The notes beneath the pieces were generated by a model. It was not told the origin of the DNA, did no database searches, and worked only from the letters and a program-made list of their open reading frames with translations. A DNA stretch of 64,000 nucleotides from Candidatus Eiseniibacteriota bacterium (GTDB taxonomy: Bacteria; Eisenbacteria; RBG-16-71-46): contig JBGAML010000010.1 of the NCBI GenBank assembly GCA_044223005.1, forward strand, positions 32,001-96,000, written 5' to 3'. A program made the translations under genes and the position numbers. Shown here piece by piece: positions 1-8,659 of the stretch (the stretch's first letter is position 1; every line of letters starts with the position of its first letter).

Positions 1-945
1 GAACTGCAGACGACCGCTTGGGGATTCGACCGCGGCCTCGCGCTGCGCGACGTGGCGTTCCTGCGCTTCCGGCTCGTGAACCATCGCGGGCTCCCGATCG
101 ACAGCGCGTACGTCGGCGTGTGGTACGACGCCGATATCCGCTCCGCGGACAGTCCCGCGGCGTCGGACACCGCGCTCGACATGGCCTACGTCTATCGCAC
201 GACGGACGACACGCAGTACGGCGCGGCCGGACCCGCGACGGGCATCGTGCTGCTGCAGGGCCCGCGCGACGCGGGCGTGTGGCTGCGGCCCGGCGCGATC
301 GTCGGCTACGCGAACGGGGCGGACCCGACGGGCCCGGAGCAATACGCGAACGCACTGCACGGGCTCTTTCCGTGGGGCGCCCCGATGATCGACCCGACGA
401 CCTCGTCGCCCGCGCGCTTCTTCGCGCCGGGCGATCCGGTCACCGGCACCGGCTGGCTCGAGCCCGGCGTGATCCACCCCAAGGTCGTGGTCGCGATGGG
501 GCCGTTCACGTTCGCTGCGGGCGACACGCAGGACGTGATCGCGGCGATCGTGGTGGGCCAGGGCGCGAACCGGCTCGCCTCGATCGCGGCGTTGCGCGCG
601 AACGCGCGCGAGGCTCGCGCGGCGTTCGCGGACGATTTCCGCTCGCTGCCGCCGCCCACGCCCGAACCGCGGCGCGCGCTGTCGGCGTGGCCGACGCCGG
701 CCACGGGCGAGGTCCGCTTCGCGCTGCACGTACCCGCGGGCGGCGCGGCAGTCCGGATCGAGCTCTACGATCTGCTCGGCCGGCGCGTGCGCACGCTCGA
801 CGCGGGCGCGCTCGACCCCGGCGTGCGCACCGTCACGTGGGACGGCCGCCGCGACGACGGCACCGCGGCGCGCACGGGCGTCTACCTCGCGCGTGCGACC
901 GTGGGCGGCGAGGAGCGGAGCGGCCGCATCGTGCTCGTGCGTTGA
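1..945 (+). CDS. Secreted protein with FlgD-Ig/T9SS-type-A-like C-terminal domain (5' truncated by window)
   Basis: Frame is open from base 1. C-terminus reads SAWPTPA...IELYDLLGRRVRTL...VTWDGRRDDG...TGVYLARATVG. Confidence 0.8.
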   Translation, partial: ELQTTAWGFDRGLALRDVAFLRFRLVNHRGLPIDSAYVGVWYDADIRSADSPAASDTALDMAYVYRTTDDTQYGAAGPATGIVLLQGPRDAGVWLRPGAIVGYANGADPTGPEQYANALHGLFPWGAPMIDPTTSSPARFFAPGDPVTGTGWLEPGVIHPKVVVAMGPFTFAAGDTQDVIAAIVVGQGANRLASIAALRANAREARAAFADDFRSLPPPTPEPRRALSAWPTPATGEVRFALHVPAGGAAVRIELYDLLGRRVRTLDAGALDPGVRTVTWDGRRDDGTAARTGVYLARATVGGEERSGRIVLVR

Positions 946-1045
946 GCGCGGCCGGGCCCGGCGATCGGCGGCCGCGGGGCCGCGTTCGTCCGGCATCCCC
1001 GCGGGCAGTCCCAACGTTGCGCCGCCGGCCGCTATCGTAGCCCGC

Positions 1046-2296
1046 ATGCGCACCTCCCCGATCCGGCGCGGTCTCGCGCCCCGCACGTCCCTCGTCGTCT
1101 TCGTACTCGCCCTCACGACCGCGTTCGCGGCCATCGCTCGCGCCGACGAACCCGTCCGCGTCGTCCGCCGCACCGTCTCGCCCGCCGACGGCGCGCCCGC
1201 GCCGCTGCCGCAGAGCGGCGCGCTGCCGCCGCCCCACGCGATCGATTTGGCGGGCGAGCGCGTCGAGATCCCGATGCGGCTCGTCGACCGCCGTCCGGTG
1301 GTCGAAGCGCGCATCGACGGCAAGGGTCCGTTCCGGCTCGGCATCGAGACCGGGGCCGCGTTCGTCGCGCTCACGCGCGTCGCCCTCGACTCGCTGCACC
1401 TGCAACCGTCGCGTCACGACGAGGCGGGCGACGTGTACGCGGTCAGCGCGATCACCACCGGCGGGGCGACGTTCCGCGGGGTCGAGGTGCGGGACGCGGC
1501 ACCGGTCGACACGCGGATCGACGGGTTCCTCGGGCTCGGCGCCTTCCAGGACCTGCTGCTCACGCTCGACTATCCGCACGAGCGCGTCGTGCTCGAGCGC
1601 GGAGCGCTGCCCGCACCGGACGGCCAGCACGTGTTCGCCGCAGCGCACGCCGGTCCGTTCGTCGCGCTCGACCTCGACGTCGCCGGAAGATCCGTGCGTG
1701 CGGTGCTCGACACCCGCGGCGCGAGCGCGTTCGGCGTGACGCCCGACGCGGGCGCGGCGCTGTCGTTCGCGGCGCCGCCGGTGGTGGTCGGCCAGGCCCG
1801 CGGCGCGGCGATCCCCGTGACCGAGGTGAAGCTCGGCCGGCTCGCGGGCGACGTGCGGATCGGCGACGTCGTGTTCCAGCGGCCGCTGGTCTCGGTGCAT
1901 GCGGCGCCCCCGGGCTTCCCCGATGCGATCCTCGGTGCGGGGGCACTCGTGAACCTCGTCGTGACGCTCGACCAGCGCGCGATGCGCGTGCGGCTCGTGC
2001 CGGGAACACCCGGCCCCATCGCGGCGCCGCCGCCGGTCACGGACCTCGGCATGCGGCTCCGCCAACGTCCGGGCGAAGCGCCCGAGGTGGGCGACGTGCG
2101 CCCGGGCACGCCCGCCGATTCGCTGGGCGTGCGCGCGGGCGATCGCCTGATCGAGGCGAACGGCATGGCGAGCGCGCAGCTCGATCCGGCGCGATGGCGC
2201 TCGCTCGCGGGCGCGGGCCAGCCCGTGGCGCTCAAGCTCCAGCGCGGCGAACAGGTGCTCGAGCTCGTCGTGCCGCCGGCGATCCTGGTGCCCTGA
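1046..2296 (+). CDS. Secreted tandem retropepsin-like aspartyl protease with C-terminal PDZ domain
   Basis: Signal peptide; two retropepsin-like units (PVVEARIDG..LGIETGA..DGFLG and VAGRSVRAVLDTRG..DAILG); PDZ (DLGMRL..VRPGTPADSLGVRAGDRLIEANG). ATG at 1046. Confidence 0.75.
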   Translation: MRTSPIRRGLAPRTSLVVFVLALTTAFAAIARADEPVRVVRRTVSPADGAPAPLPQSGALPPPHAIDLAGERVEIPMRLVDRRPVVEARIDGKGPFRLGIETGAAFVALTRVALDSLHLQPSRHDEAGDVYAVSAITTGGATFRGVEVRDAAPVDTRIDGFLGLGAFQDLLLTLDYPHERVVLERGALPAPDGQHVFAAAHAGPFVALDLDVAGRSVRAVLDTRGASAFGVTPDAGAALSFAAPPVVVGQARGAAIPVTEVKLGRLAGDVRIGDVVFQRPLVSVHAAPPGFPDAILGAGALVNLVVTLDQRAMRVRLVPGTPGPIAAPPPVTDLGMRLRQRPGEAPEVGDVRPGTPADSLGVRAGDRLIEANGMASAQLDPARWRSLAGAGQPVALKLQRGEQVLELVVPPAILVP

Positions 2297-2303
2297 CCCC
2301 GCG

Positions 2304-2924
2304 TCAGTTCCGGCGGGCGACCGCCGAGACGATCGCGACTACGAGCCCGAGCGCGGCGAGCCCGATCGTCACCGCGAGCGCCACCGTGCTGCGTCCGCCG
2401 CCGCCGAAGCGCGCGGCGGCTTCGGCCGCGATCGGGTCGACGCCGAGACCCTTCTGGGCAATCGCCACCTCCCGCGTCTCCTCGCGCAGCACCGCGAGGA
2501 ACTCGGCGTATCCGGGTGAGCGGCTCGTGAGGCCGAAGTGCCGCGTGTCCCCGGTCGCGCCGTCGCGCAGTGTGATCCGCGTGTGGAGATCGCTGCCGCC
2601 CTTGTCCACGTAGCGGTACGTGTCCACGGCGCGCACGTCCGCCCAGCGCGCGCGCACCTCGCGGAAGATCATCAGCCCGCCGAGGCCGCGGTCGACGTAC
2701 GTGAAGCCGTCGTCGTCGGTGCGGACCAGCACGTCGGGCGTACGCACGAAGTAGAGCGCGAGCCACGCGAGGCCGAACGCCACGCCGTAGCCGAGTTCGT
2801 GACCGGGCGAGGCCTGCGTCCACGCGAGCCAGGCGAAGAAGGCCGCGGATGCCAGCCACGCCGCGACCGTGACCGCCCGCGTGGCAGGGGCCAGGAAGCG
2901 CACCTCGACCGCACCTCGAACCAC
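2304..2924 (-). CDS. Hypothetical membrane protein (two N-terminal TM helices, small soluble domain, C-terminal TM helix)
   Basis: Hydrophobic segments and typical GC-rich codon use; GGGAGG upstream of GTG at 2924. Confidence 0.65.
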   Translation of the reverse strand: MVRGAVEVRFLAPATRAVTVAAWLASAAFFAWLAWTQASPGHELGYGVAFGLAWLALYFVRTPDVLVRTDDDGFTYVDRGLGGLMIFREVRARWADVRAVDTYRYVDKGGSDLHTRITLRDGATGDTRHFGLTSRSPGYAEFLAVLREETREVAIAQKGLGVDPIAAEAAARFGGGGRSTVALAVTIGLAALGLVVAIVSAVARRN

Positions 2925-3366
2925 GAGTTCCTCCCGGGGGGCGCGGGACGGATCGGCACTCCCGCGCCGGGATCCCCTCGCCGAAACGGCGGTACGGCCG
3001 GTGCCCACGCGAAGGATCCCCCAGACCTCACGCGCGGGTCGCCCGGCCGCCCTCTGTTCCGGTCAACGTCCGAGGCGGCGAAATCAGTCGGGGAATCGGC
3101 GGCCCCGAGGCGTCGGCGCGGCGGGCGCGGGCCGGCCGAAACGTCCCGGCCGGCGAACCCGTGCGAAGTTTCCCCCGAAAGCTCACGCGCGGGCCGCCGA
3201 ACCGGTACGGAGGAGAGAACGCCGCGGCGCCCGAAACCGAACGGGAATTCGCGTCAGCGCAGCGTGACCGCCACCGGCACCGGCGCGGAACGCGCGAGCC
3301 GCTGGAGCACGGAATACGGCACGGCGCGGTCTATGCGCGGCTGCGCGCGCACGGCAGCCGGAACGC

Positions 3367-3403
3367 ACGCGGGCCGGGGCGGATCCTCCGCCCCGGCCCG
3401 CGT
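3367..3403 (-). terminator. 17-bp perfect hairpin downstream of fhs
   Basis: ACGCGGGCCGGGGCGGA-tcc-TCCGCCCCGGCCCGCGT directly after the fhs stop; no clear U-tract. Confidence 0.55.
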
Positions 3404-3420
3404 CGATTCCGCTCTTCCCG

Positions 3421-5049
3421 TCAACGCGAGAACACGATCTCCCCGTCGTCGTTCAGGTCGAACTTGCCCGCGAGCGGCTCCTTGGGCAGGCCCGGCATGC
3501 GCATGATCTCGCCCGTGATCGGGATCACGAAGCCCGCGCCGGCGGCGAGCTGGATCTCGCGCACCGTGACGAGGAAGTCCTTGGGCCGCCCGAGCAGCGC
3601 CGGGTTGTCCGACAGCGACTGCTGCGTCTTGGCGATGCAGACGGGCAGCTTGCCGAAGCCGGCCTTCTCGAGCTGCGCCAGGTCGCGCTTGCCGCGCGCG
3701 GTGTAGTCCACCGCCTGCGCCCCGTACATCTCGTGCGCGATCGTGGCGATCTTCTTCTCGATCGGGTCGTTCCAGTCGTAGAGCGGCGTGAACTTCGGCT
3801 CGGTCTTCGCCACCAGGTCGCGCACGACCTCGGCCAGCTCGACGCAGCCCTTGCCGCCTTCGCTGAACGTCTTCGCCACCACCGCGGGGATCCCGAGCGA
3901 GGCGCAGTGCGCCTTCAGCGTGTCGATCTCTTCCTTCTGGTCGGTCGGGAAGTGGTTGATCGCGACCACGCAGGGCTGCCCGAACTTCTTGATGTTCTCG
4001 AGGTGCTTCTCCATGTTGGCGAAGCCGCGCACCATGGCCGCCGCGTCGAACTCGCCCACGTCCGCGAGCCGCTTGCCGCCGTGCATCTTGAGCGCGCGGA
4101 TCGTGGTGACGAGCACCGTGCATGCCGGCGCGAACCCGCCGTAGCGGCAGTTGATGTCGAAGAACTTCTCGGCGCCGAGCTCGAACGCGAAGCCGGCTTC
4201 CGTGCAGACGATGTCGGCGTAGCTGAGCGCGGCCTTGGTCGCCATGATCGAGTTCGTGCCGTGCGCGATGTTGGCGAACGGCCCGCCGTGCACGAACGCG
4301 GGCACGCCCTCGGTGGTCTGCACGAGGTTGGGCTTCACGGCCTCCTTGAGCAGGGCCGCCATCGCGCCCACCGCGCCGAGGTCGGCGGCGGTGACCGGCG
4401 TGGCGTCGGCGCGGTAGCCGACCACGATCCGGCCGAGGCGCGCCTTGAGGTCGGCGATGCCGTCGGAGAGGCAGAGCACCGCCATCACCTCGCTCGCGGC
4501 GGTGATGTCGAAGCCGGTCTCGCGCGGGATGCCCTCGGTGCGGCCGCCCAGGCCGATCACGATGTCGCGCAGCGCGCGGTCGTTCATGTCGACGACGCGC
4601 TTCCACGTGACGCGGCGCGGGTCGAGACCGCTCGGCGCGCCGTAATGCAGGTGGTTGTCCACCAGCGCGGCCAGCAGGTTGTGCGCGGCCGAGACGGCGT
4701 GGAAGTCGCCGTTGAAGTGCATGTTGATGTCCATCACCGGCAGCACTTCGCTCGCACCGCCGCCGGCGCCGCCACCCTTCATGCCGAACACGGGCCCGAG
4801 GCTCGGCTCGCGCAGCGCCGCCGCCGCGCGCACGCCGATCTTCGAGAGCCCCTGCACGAGGCCGACGGTCGTCGTGGTCTTGCCTTCGCCGGCGGGCGTC
4901 GGCGTGATGGCCGAGACGAGCACGAGCTTGCCGCGTCGCGGGCGGCTCATGAACGTCGGCAGCGGGAGCTTGGCCTTGTAGTGGCCGTAGGGCTCGAGCT
5001 GCGAGGGATCGATGTCGAGCGTGCGGGCGACTTCGGCGATCGGCTTCAT
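3421..5049 (-). CDS. fhs: Formate--tetrahydrofolate ligase
   Basis: Motifs TPTPAGEGKTTT, REPSLGPVFGMKGG, HGGPFANIAHG, TEAGF, CIAKTQ, IMRMPGLP; AGGAG upstream of ATG at 5049. Confidence 0.97.
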   Translation of the reverse strand: MKPIAEVARTLDIDPSQLEPYGHYKAKLPLPTFMSRPRRGKLVLVSAITPTPAGEGKTTTTVGLVQGLSKIGVRAAAALREPSLGPVFGMKGGGAGGGASEVLPVMDINMHFNGDFHAVSAAHNLLAALVDNHLHYGAPSGLDPRRVTWKRVVDMNDRALRDIVIGLGGRTEGIPRETGFDITAASEVMAVLCLSDGIADLKARLGRIVVGYRADATPVTAADLGAVGAMAALLKEAVKPNLVQTTEGVPAFVHGGPFANIAHGTNSIMATKAALSYADIVCTEAGFAFELGAEKFFDINCRYGGFAPACTVLVTTIRALKMHGGKRLADVGEFDAAAMVRGFANMEKHLENIKKFGQPCVVAINHFPTDQKEEIDTLKAHCASLGIPAVVAKTFSEGGKGCVELAEVVRDLVAKTEPKFTPLYDWNDPIEKKIATIAHEMYGAQAVDYTARGKRDLAQLEKAGFGKLPVCIAKTQQSLSDNPALLGRPKDFLVTVREIQLAAGAGFVIPITGEIMRMPGLPKEPLAGKFDLNDDGEIVFSR

Positions 5050-5216
5050 GCGCTTCAGCCTCTCCTGACCGGACGGCGGGTGGGATGTCGCGATTTCGGG
5101 ACGGGGCATCCTCGCGCCTCCCCCGGCGCCGCGCAACCGCCGCAGCGGCACGGCTCGGGACCGCTTCGGCGGCTGCCGAAGGGCCGCAATCCCCCGTTGT
5201 TGCCGCCACTTCGGGC

Positions 5217-5244
5217 TCAAGGGTGAGGCGCCCCACGCCGATCT
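5217..5244 (+). promoter_or_regulatory. Sigma-28 (FliA/WhiG)-like promoter upstream of the DUF11 operon
   Basis: TCAA-N16-GCCGATCT compared with consensus TAAA/TCAA-N15-16-GCCGATAA. Confidence 0.5.
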
Positions 5245-5424
5245 CACCCCGTGGCAGGCATCCGACCCGTGGCTTACGGCCCCTCAGCCCAAGCGTCGGG
5301 TGACACACTTCTCGCACTCGCACCTTCGTCCTCCGGAGCCTCGCCGGTCGCACCGGCGCGCGGTTCACCGCGCGTCGGGGCGCGCGTCGTCCGTTGCATC
5401 GGACTCACACGGGAGGTTTCGGCG

Positions 5425-5925
5425 ATGAAGGGATTCCGCAAGCGAGTGCTCGCGCTCGCGATCGCGACCGCGGCGGTGATGCCGCTGGTGGCGTTCGCGG
5501 CCGGCGACGTGCACGTCGCGCTGACCGCGCAGGCGGTGAGCGTCGTGAACGGGCGCGATGTGTACCAGCCGGCCGACAAGGCTCGCCCCGGCGACGTGCT
5601 CGAGTACCGGGCCACGTACCGGAACGACGGCAGGACGGCCGTCCGTGACTTCCAGGCGACGCTGCCGATCCCGCGCGGACTCGAGTTCGTGCCGGGCACG
5701 GCGACCCCCGGTGCGCTCGCCAGCCTCGACGGCACCACCTTCGAGCCCATGCCGATCGTGCGGAAGGTGCGCACGGCGGACGGGCACTGGGTGAACCGCG
5801 AGGTGCCGGCGTCGGAATACCGGTCGCTCCGCTGGCCGCTCGGCCAGGTGGCGGGTGGTGCGCAGCGCGTCGTCGTGGCGCGGGCGCGGATCTCGCCGCT
5901 GCAGGCCGCGGCCGTCACGCGCTGA
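5425..5925 (+). CDS. Small exported single-domain DUF11-like protein (candidate chaperone/cap of the fimbrial operon)
   Basis: GGGAGG RBS; signal peptide; ARPGDVLEYRATYRNDG..LPIPRGLEFVPGTA..LRWPLGQVAGG..VVVARARI. Confidence 0.8.
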   Translation: MKGFRKRVLALAIATAAVMPLVAFAAGDVHVALTAQAVSVVNGRDVYQPADKARPGDVLEYRATYRNDGRTAVRDFQATLPIPRGLEFVPGTATPGALASLDGTTFEPMPIVRKVRTADGHWVNREVPASEYRSLRWPLGQVAGGAQRVVVARARISPLQAAAVTR

Positions 5926-6052
5926 CCCTTCGTTCCTTCCGGATCCGCCGCGCGTGATGCGTGCGGCCGTGGCCACCCTTGCGCCCCGGCCGTGACGGCA
6001 TGCGCCGTTCTCGAGCCCCGGTACCGCCGCCCAAAACCCTCGGAGTCACCCG

Positions 6053-8659
6053 ATGATCGCAGGCATCCTCAACGGCCGCCGGTCCCTCGTGGCCACCACG
6101 TGCGCGCTCGCGCTCGCGGTGTTCGCCACGTTCGGACCGGGGACGGCGTCCGCGGCCCCGCCCGCGGGCACGTCGATCGGCAACCAGGCCACGGCCACGT
6201 ACGTGGACGCGGCCTCGCAGAGCTTCACGGTCACCTCGAACGCGGTCGTGACGATCGTGCAGCAGGTGGCGAGCTTCACGCTCACCGCCCCCGGCACGCG
6301 CACGGCGGCGCCGGGCGGTTCGGCCGTGTTCCCGCACGTCCTGACCAACACCGGCAACGGCACGGACGCCTTCAACCTCGCGACGATCAACCTCGGCGGT
6401 GACAACTTCGACCTCACCGGCCTGGCGATCTACGCGGACGCGGACGGCAACGGCGTGCCGGACAACTTCACGCCGGTGACCACGACGGGCCCCCTCGCGG
6501 CGGGCGCGGCGTACCACTTCGTGATCATGGGCAGCGTGCCCGGCGTGCAGGTCGGCGGCGACATCGCCCGCGCCCGCATCACCGGCACGAGCGCGTTCAA
6601 CGCCACGATCACCGCCAGCAACGACGACCAGGTCACCGTCACGGGCAACGCCGTGATGAACGTGACCACGGCGATCAGCCAGCCGAGCGGGCCGTCGCCC
6701 TCGGGTCCGTACACGTACACCGTCACCTACACCAACGCCGGCAATGCCACTGCGACGAACGTGCGCCTCACGAACACGATTCCCGCGGGCATGACGTACG
6801 TCCCGGGCTCGGCGCGCTGGAGCGTGACGGGTGCGTCGGTGCTTTCGGACGCCGACTCGACGGATGCGCAGGGCACGGTGCCGTCGACGATCCGGTACGA
6901 CTTCAACGTCGCCACGCCGGGCGCGGCGACGGCGATCGTGGCGCAGGTGCCGGCCGGCCAGTCCGGCAGCATCACGTTCATGGTCAACGTCAACGCGGGC
7001 CTCGCGCCGCAGGTCATCAACGACGCGACGCGCTACGCCTACTTCGACGGCGCGGCCAACGCCGGTCCGTTCACGACGAACGTCGCCTCGTTCACCGTGA
7101 CGCAGACGGTGTCGCTCACGTTCACGGGCCAGACGATCGCGAGCGCGCTGCAGGGCGCGGCGGTCTTCTTCACCGACCACCTCGTCAACACGGGCAACGG
7201 CACCGACCGCTTCAACATCACGGGCCTGATCGGCTCGTTCCCGGTTGGCTCGACGTTCCAGCTCTTCCAGAGCGACGGCGTCACGCCGCTGTCGGACAGC
7301 AACGCCGACGGCATCCCGGACACCGGCCCGCTGGCCGGCGGCGCGTCGTACGACGTGGTCGTGCGCGTGCAGCTGCCGACCAACGCCACGGGCGGCCCGC
7401 AGTCGATGACGGTCACGGCGACCTCGGTGGCCAACCCGGGCGTCTCGGCGACCGCGACGAACACGCTGACCGTGATCAACGGCAACTCGGTCGACCTCAC
7501 GAACAACTCGGCGCTGCCGGGTGCGCCCGGCGCCGGTCCCGGCCCCGAGGCCACGTTCGTGATCCGCAACGCGACCAACCCGGGCACGACGACCCGCTTC
7601 ACGCTCGTCGTGAACAACACCAGCGGCCAGCCGGACAACTACGATCTCGGGGCGAGCACGAACGCGACGTTCGCCACGACGACGCTGCCGGCGGGCTGGA
7701 CGGTCTCGTTCCTCAACACGGCGCTGTCGGTCATCACCAACACGGGCGTCATCCCCGGCGGCGGCAACGTCACCGTGTACGCCGACGTGACGGTGCCGGC
7801 GGGCTTCGCGGCCGGCGACGTGGACCTGTACTTCCGCTCGCGTTCGCCGGTGTCGGCGGCGTCGGACCGGATCCACGACCAGGTGCGCGTGAACGTCGTG
7901 CGTGCGCTGACGCTGGTGCCGAACAACACCGCGCAGGTGATCCCGGGCGGCTTCGTCGTCTACTCGCACACGCTGAGCAACAACGGCAACGTGACCGAGG
8001 GTGACGGCACCGGCTCGCTCGTGACGCTGACGCGCGCGGACGACCAGTCCGGCTGGAACTCGGCGCTCTACTGGGACGCCAACTTCAGCGGTTCGTTCGA
8101 CGTCGGCGACCTGCCGATCGTCAACCTGTCGTCGTTCGGCGGTCTCGCGCCGGGCGGCAGCCTGCGCATCTTCGTGCAGGTGTTCGCGCCGGCCGGCGCC
8201 CCGCTCGGCCAGCTGAACACGACGACCGTCTCGGCCACGACGGCCAACCTCGCCTACACCAGCGCGGTGCCGGCGGTGGTCAACGTCACGGACGGCACGA
8301 CGATCATCAACGGCCAGCTCGTCATCACGAAGACGCAGAGCCTCGACAAGGATTGCAACGGCGTCGAGGACAGCACCTTCACGTCGACGAACCTGGCCTT
8401 CGGCGCGATCCCCGGCGCCTGCATCCGTTACGAGATCACGGTGACCAACATCGGCACCACGCCGGTGACCAACGTGGTGGTGAACGATGCGACGCCGGCG
8501 AACACCGTCTCCTCCAACGCGGCGGCGGCGTTCATCTCGATCGGCACGCTGACGGTGCCGGCCGACGGCGCGACCGGCCCGGTGACGGGCGTGGTCGGGT
8601 CGCTCGGGCCCGGTCAGTCCTCCACGATCCGCTTCAGCGTGAGGATCAACTTCCCGTGA
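6053..8659 (+). CDS. Exported multi-Ig/DUF11 protein (candidate major shaft subunit)
   Basis: Signal peptide (ASA|APP); Thr/Asn/Gly-rich beta repeats (FPHVLTNTGNGTD, DHLVNTGNGTD, SHTLSNNGNVTE); one internal and one C-terminal DUF11 domain; DxDxDG loops. Confidence 0.85.
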   Translation: MIAGILNGRRSLVATTCALALAVFATFGPGTASAAPPAGTSIGNQATATYVDAASQSFTVTSNAVVTIVQQVASFTLTAPGTRTAAPGGSAVFPHVLTNTGNGTDAFNLATINLGGDNFDLTGLAIYADADGNGVPDNFTPVTTTGPLAAGAAYHFVIMGSVPGVQVGGDIARARITGTSAFNATITASNDDQVTVTGNAVMNVTTAISQPSGPSPSGPYTYTVTYTNAGNATATNVRLTNTIPAGMTYVPGSARWSVTGASVLSDADSTDAQGTVPSTIRYDFNVATPGAATAIVAQVPAGQSGSITFMVNVNAGLAPQVINDATRYAYFDGAANAGPFTTNVASFTVTQTVSLTFTGQTIASALQGAAVFFTDHLVNTGNGTDRFNITGLIGSFPVGSTFQLFQSDGVTPLSDSNADGIPDTGPLAGGASYDVVVRVQLPTNATGGPQSMTVTATSVANPGVSATATNTLTVINGNSVDLTNNSALPGAPGAGPGPEATFVIRNATNPGTTTRFTLVVNNTSGQPDNYDLGASTNATFATTTLPAGWTVSFLNTALSVITNTGVIPGGGNVTVYADVTVPAGFAAGDVDLYFRSRSPVSAASDRIHDQVRVNVVRALTLVPNNTAQVIPGGFVVYSHTLSNNGNVTEGDGTGSLVTLTRADDQSGWNSALYWDANFSGSFDVGDLPIVNLSSFGGLAPGGSLRIFVQVFAPAGAPLGQLNTTTVSATTANLAYTSAVPAVVNVTDGTTIINGQLVITKTQSLDKDCNGVEDSTFTSTNLAFGAIPGACIRYEITVTNIGTTPVTNVVVNDATPANTVSSNAAAAFISIGTLTVPADGATGPVTGVVGSLGPGQSSTIRFSVRINFP

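Noticed and set aside
3027..3198. 17-bp near-direct repeat CTCACGCGCGGG(T/C)CGCC at 3027 and 3182 in a 500-bp intergenic gap
   Set aside because: Only two GC-rich copies about 155 bp apart; not a CRISPR array and plausible by chance.
5245..5420. Hairpins in the DUF11 operon leader considered as a c-di-GMP riboswitch
   Set aside because: The GEMM core (GGCAAAC..GAAA..GACGCAAAG) is not present.
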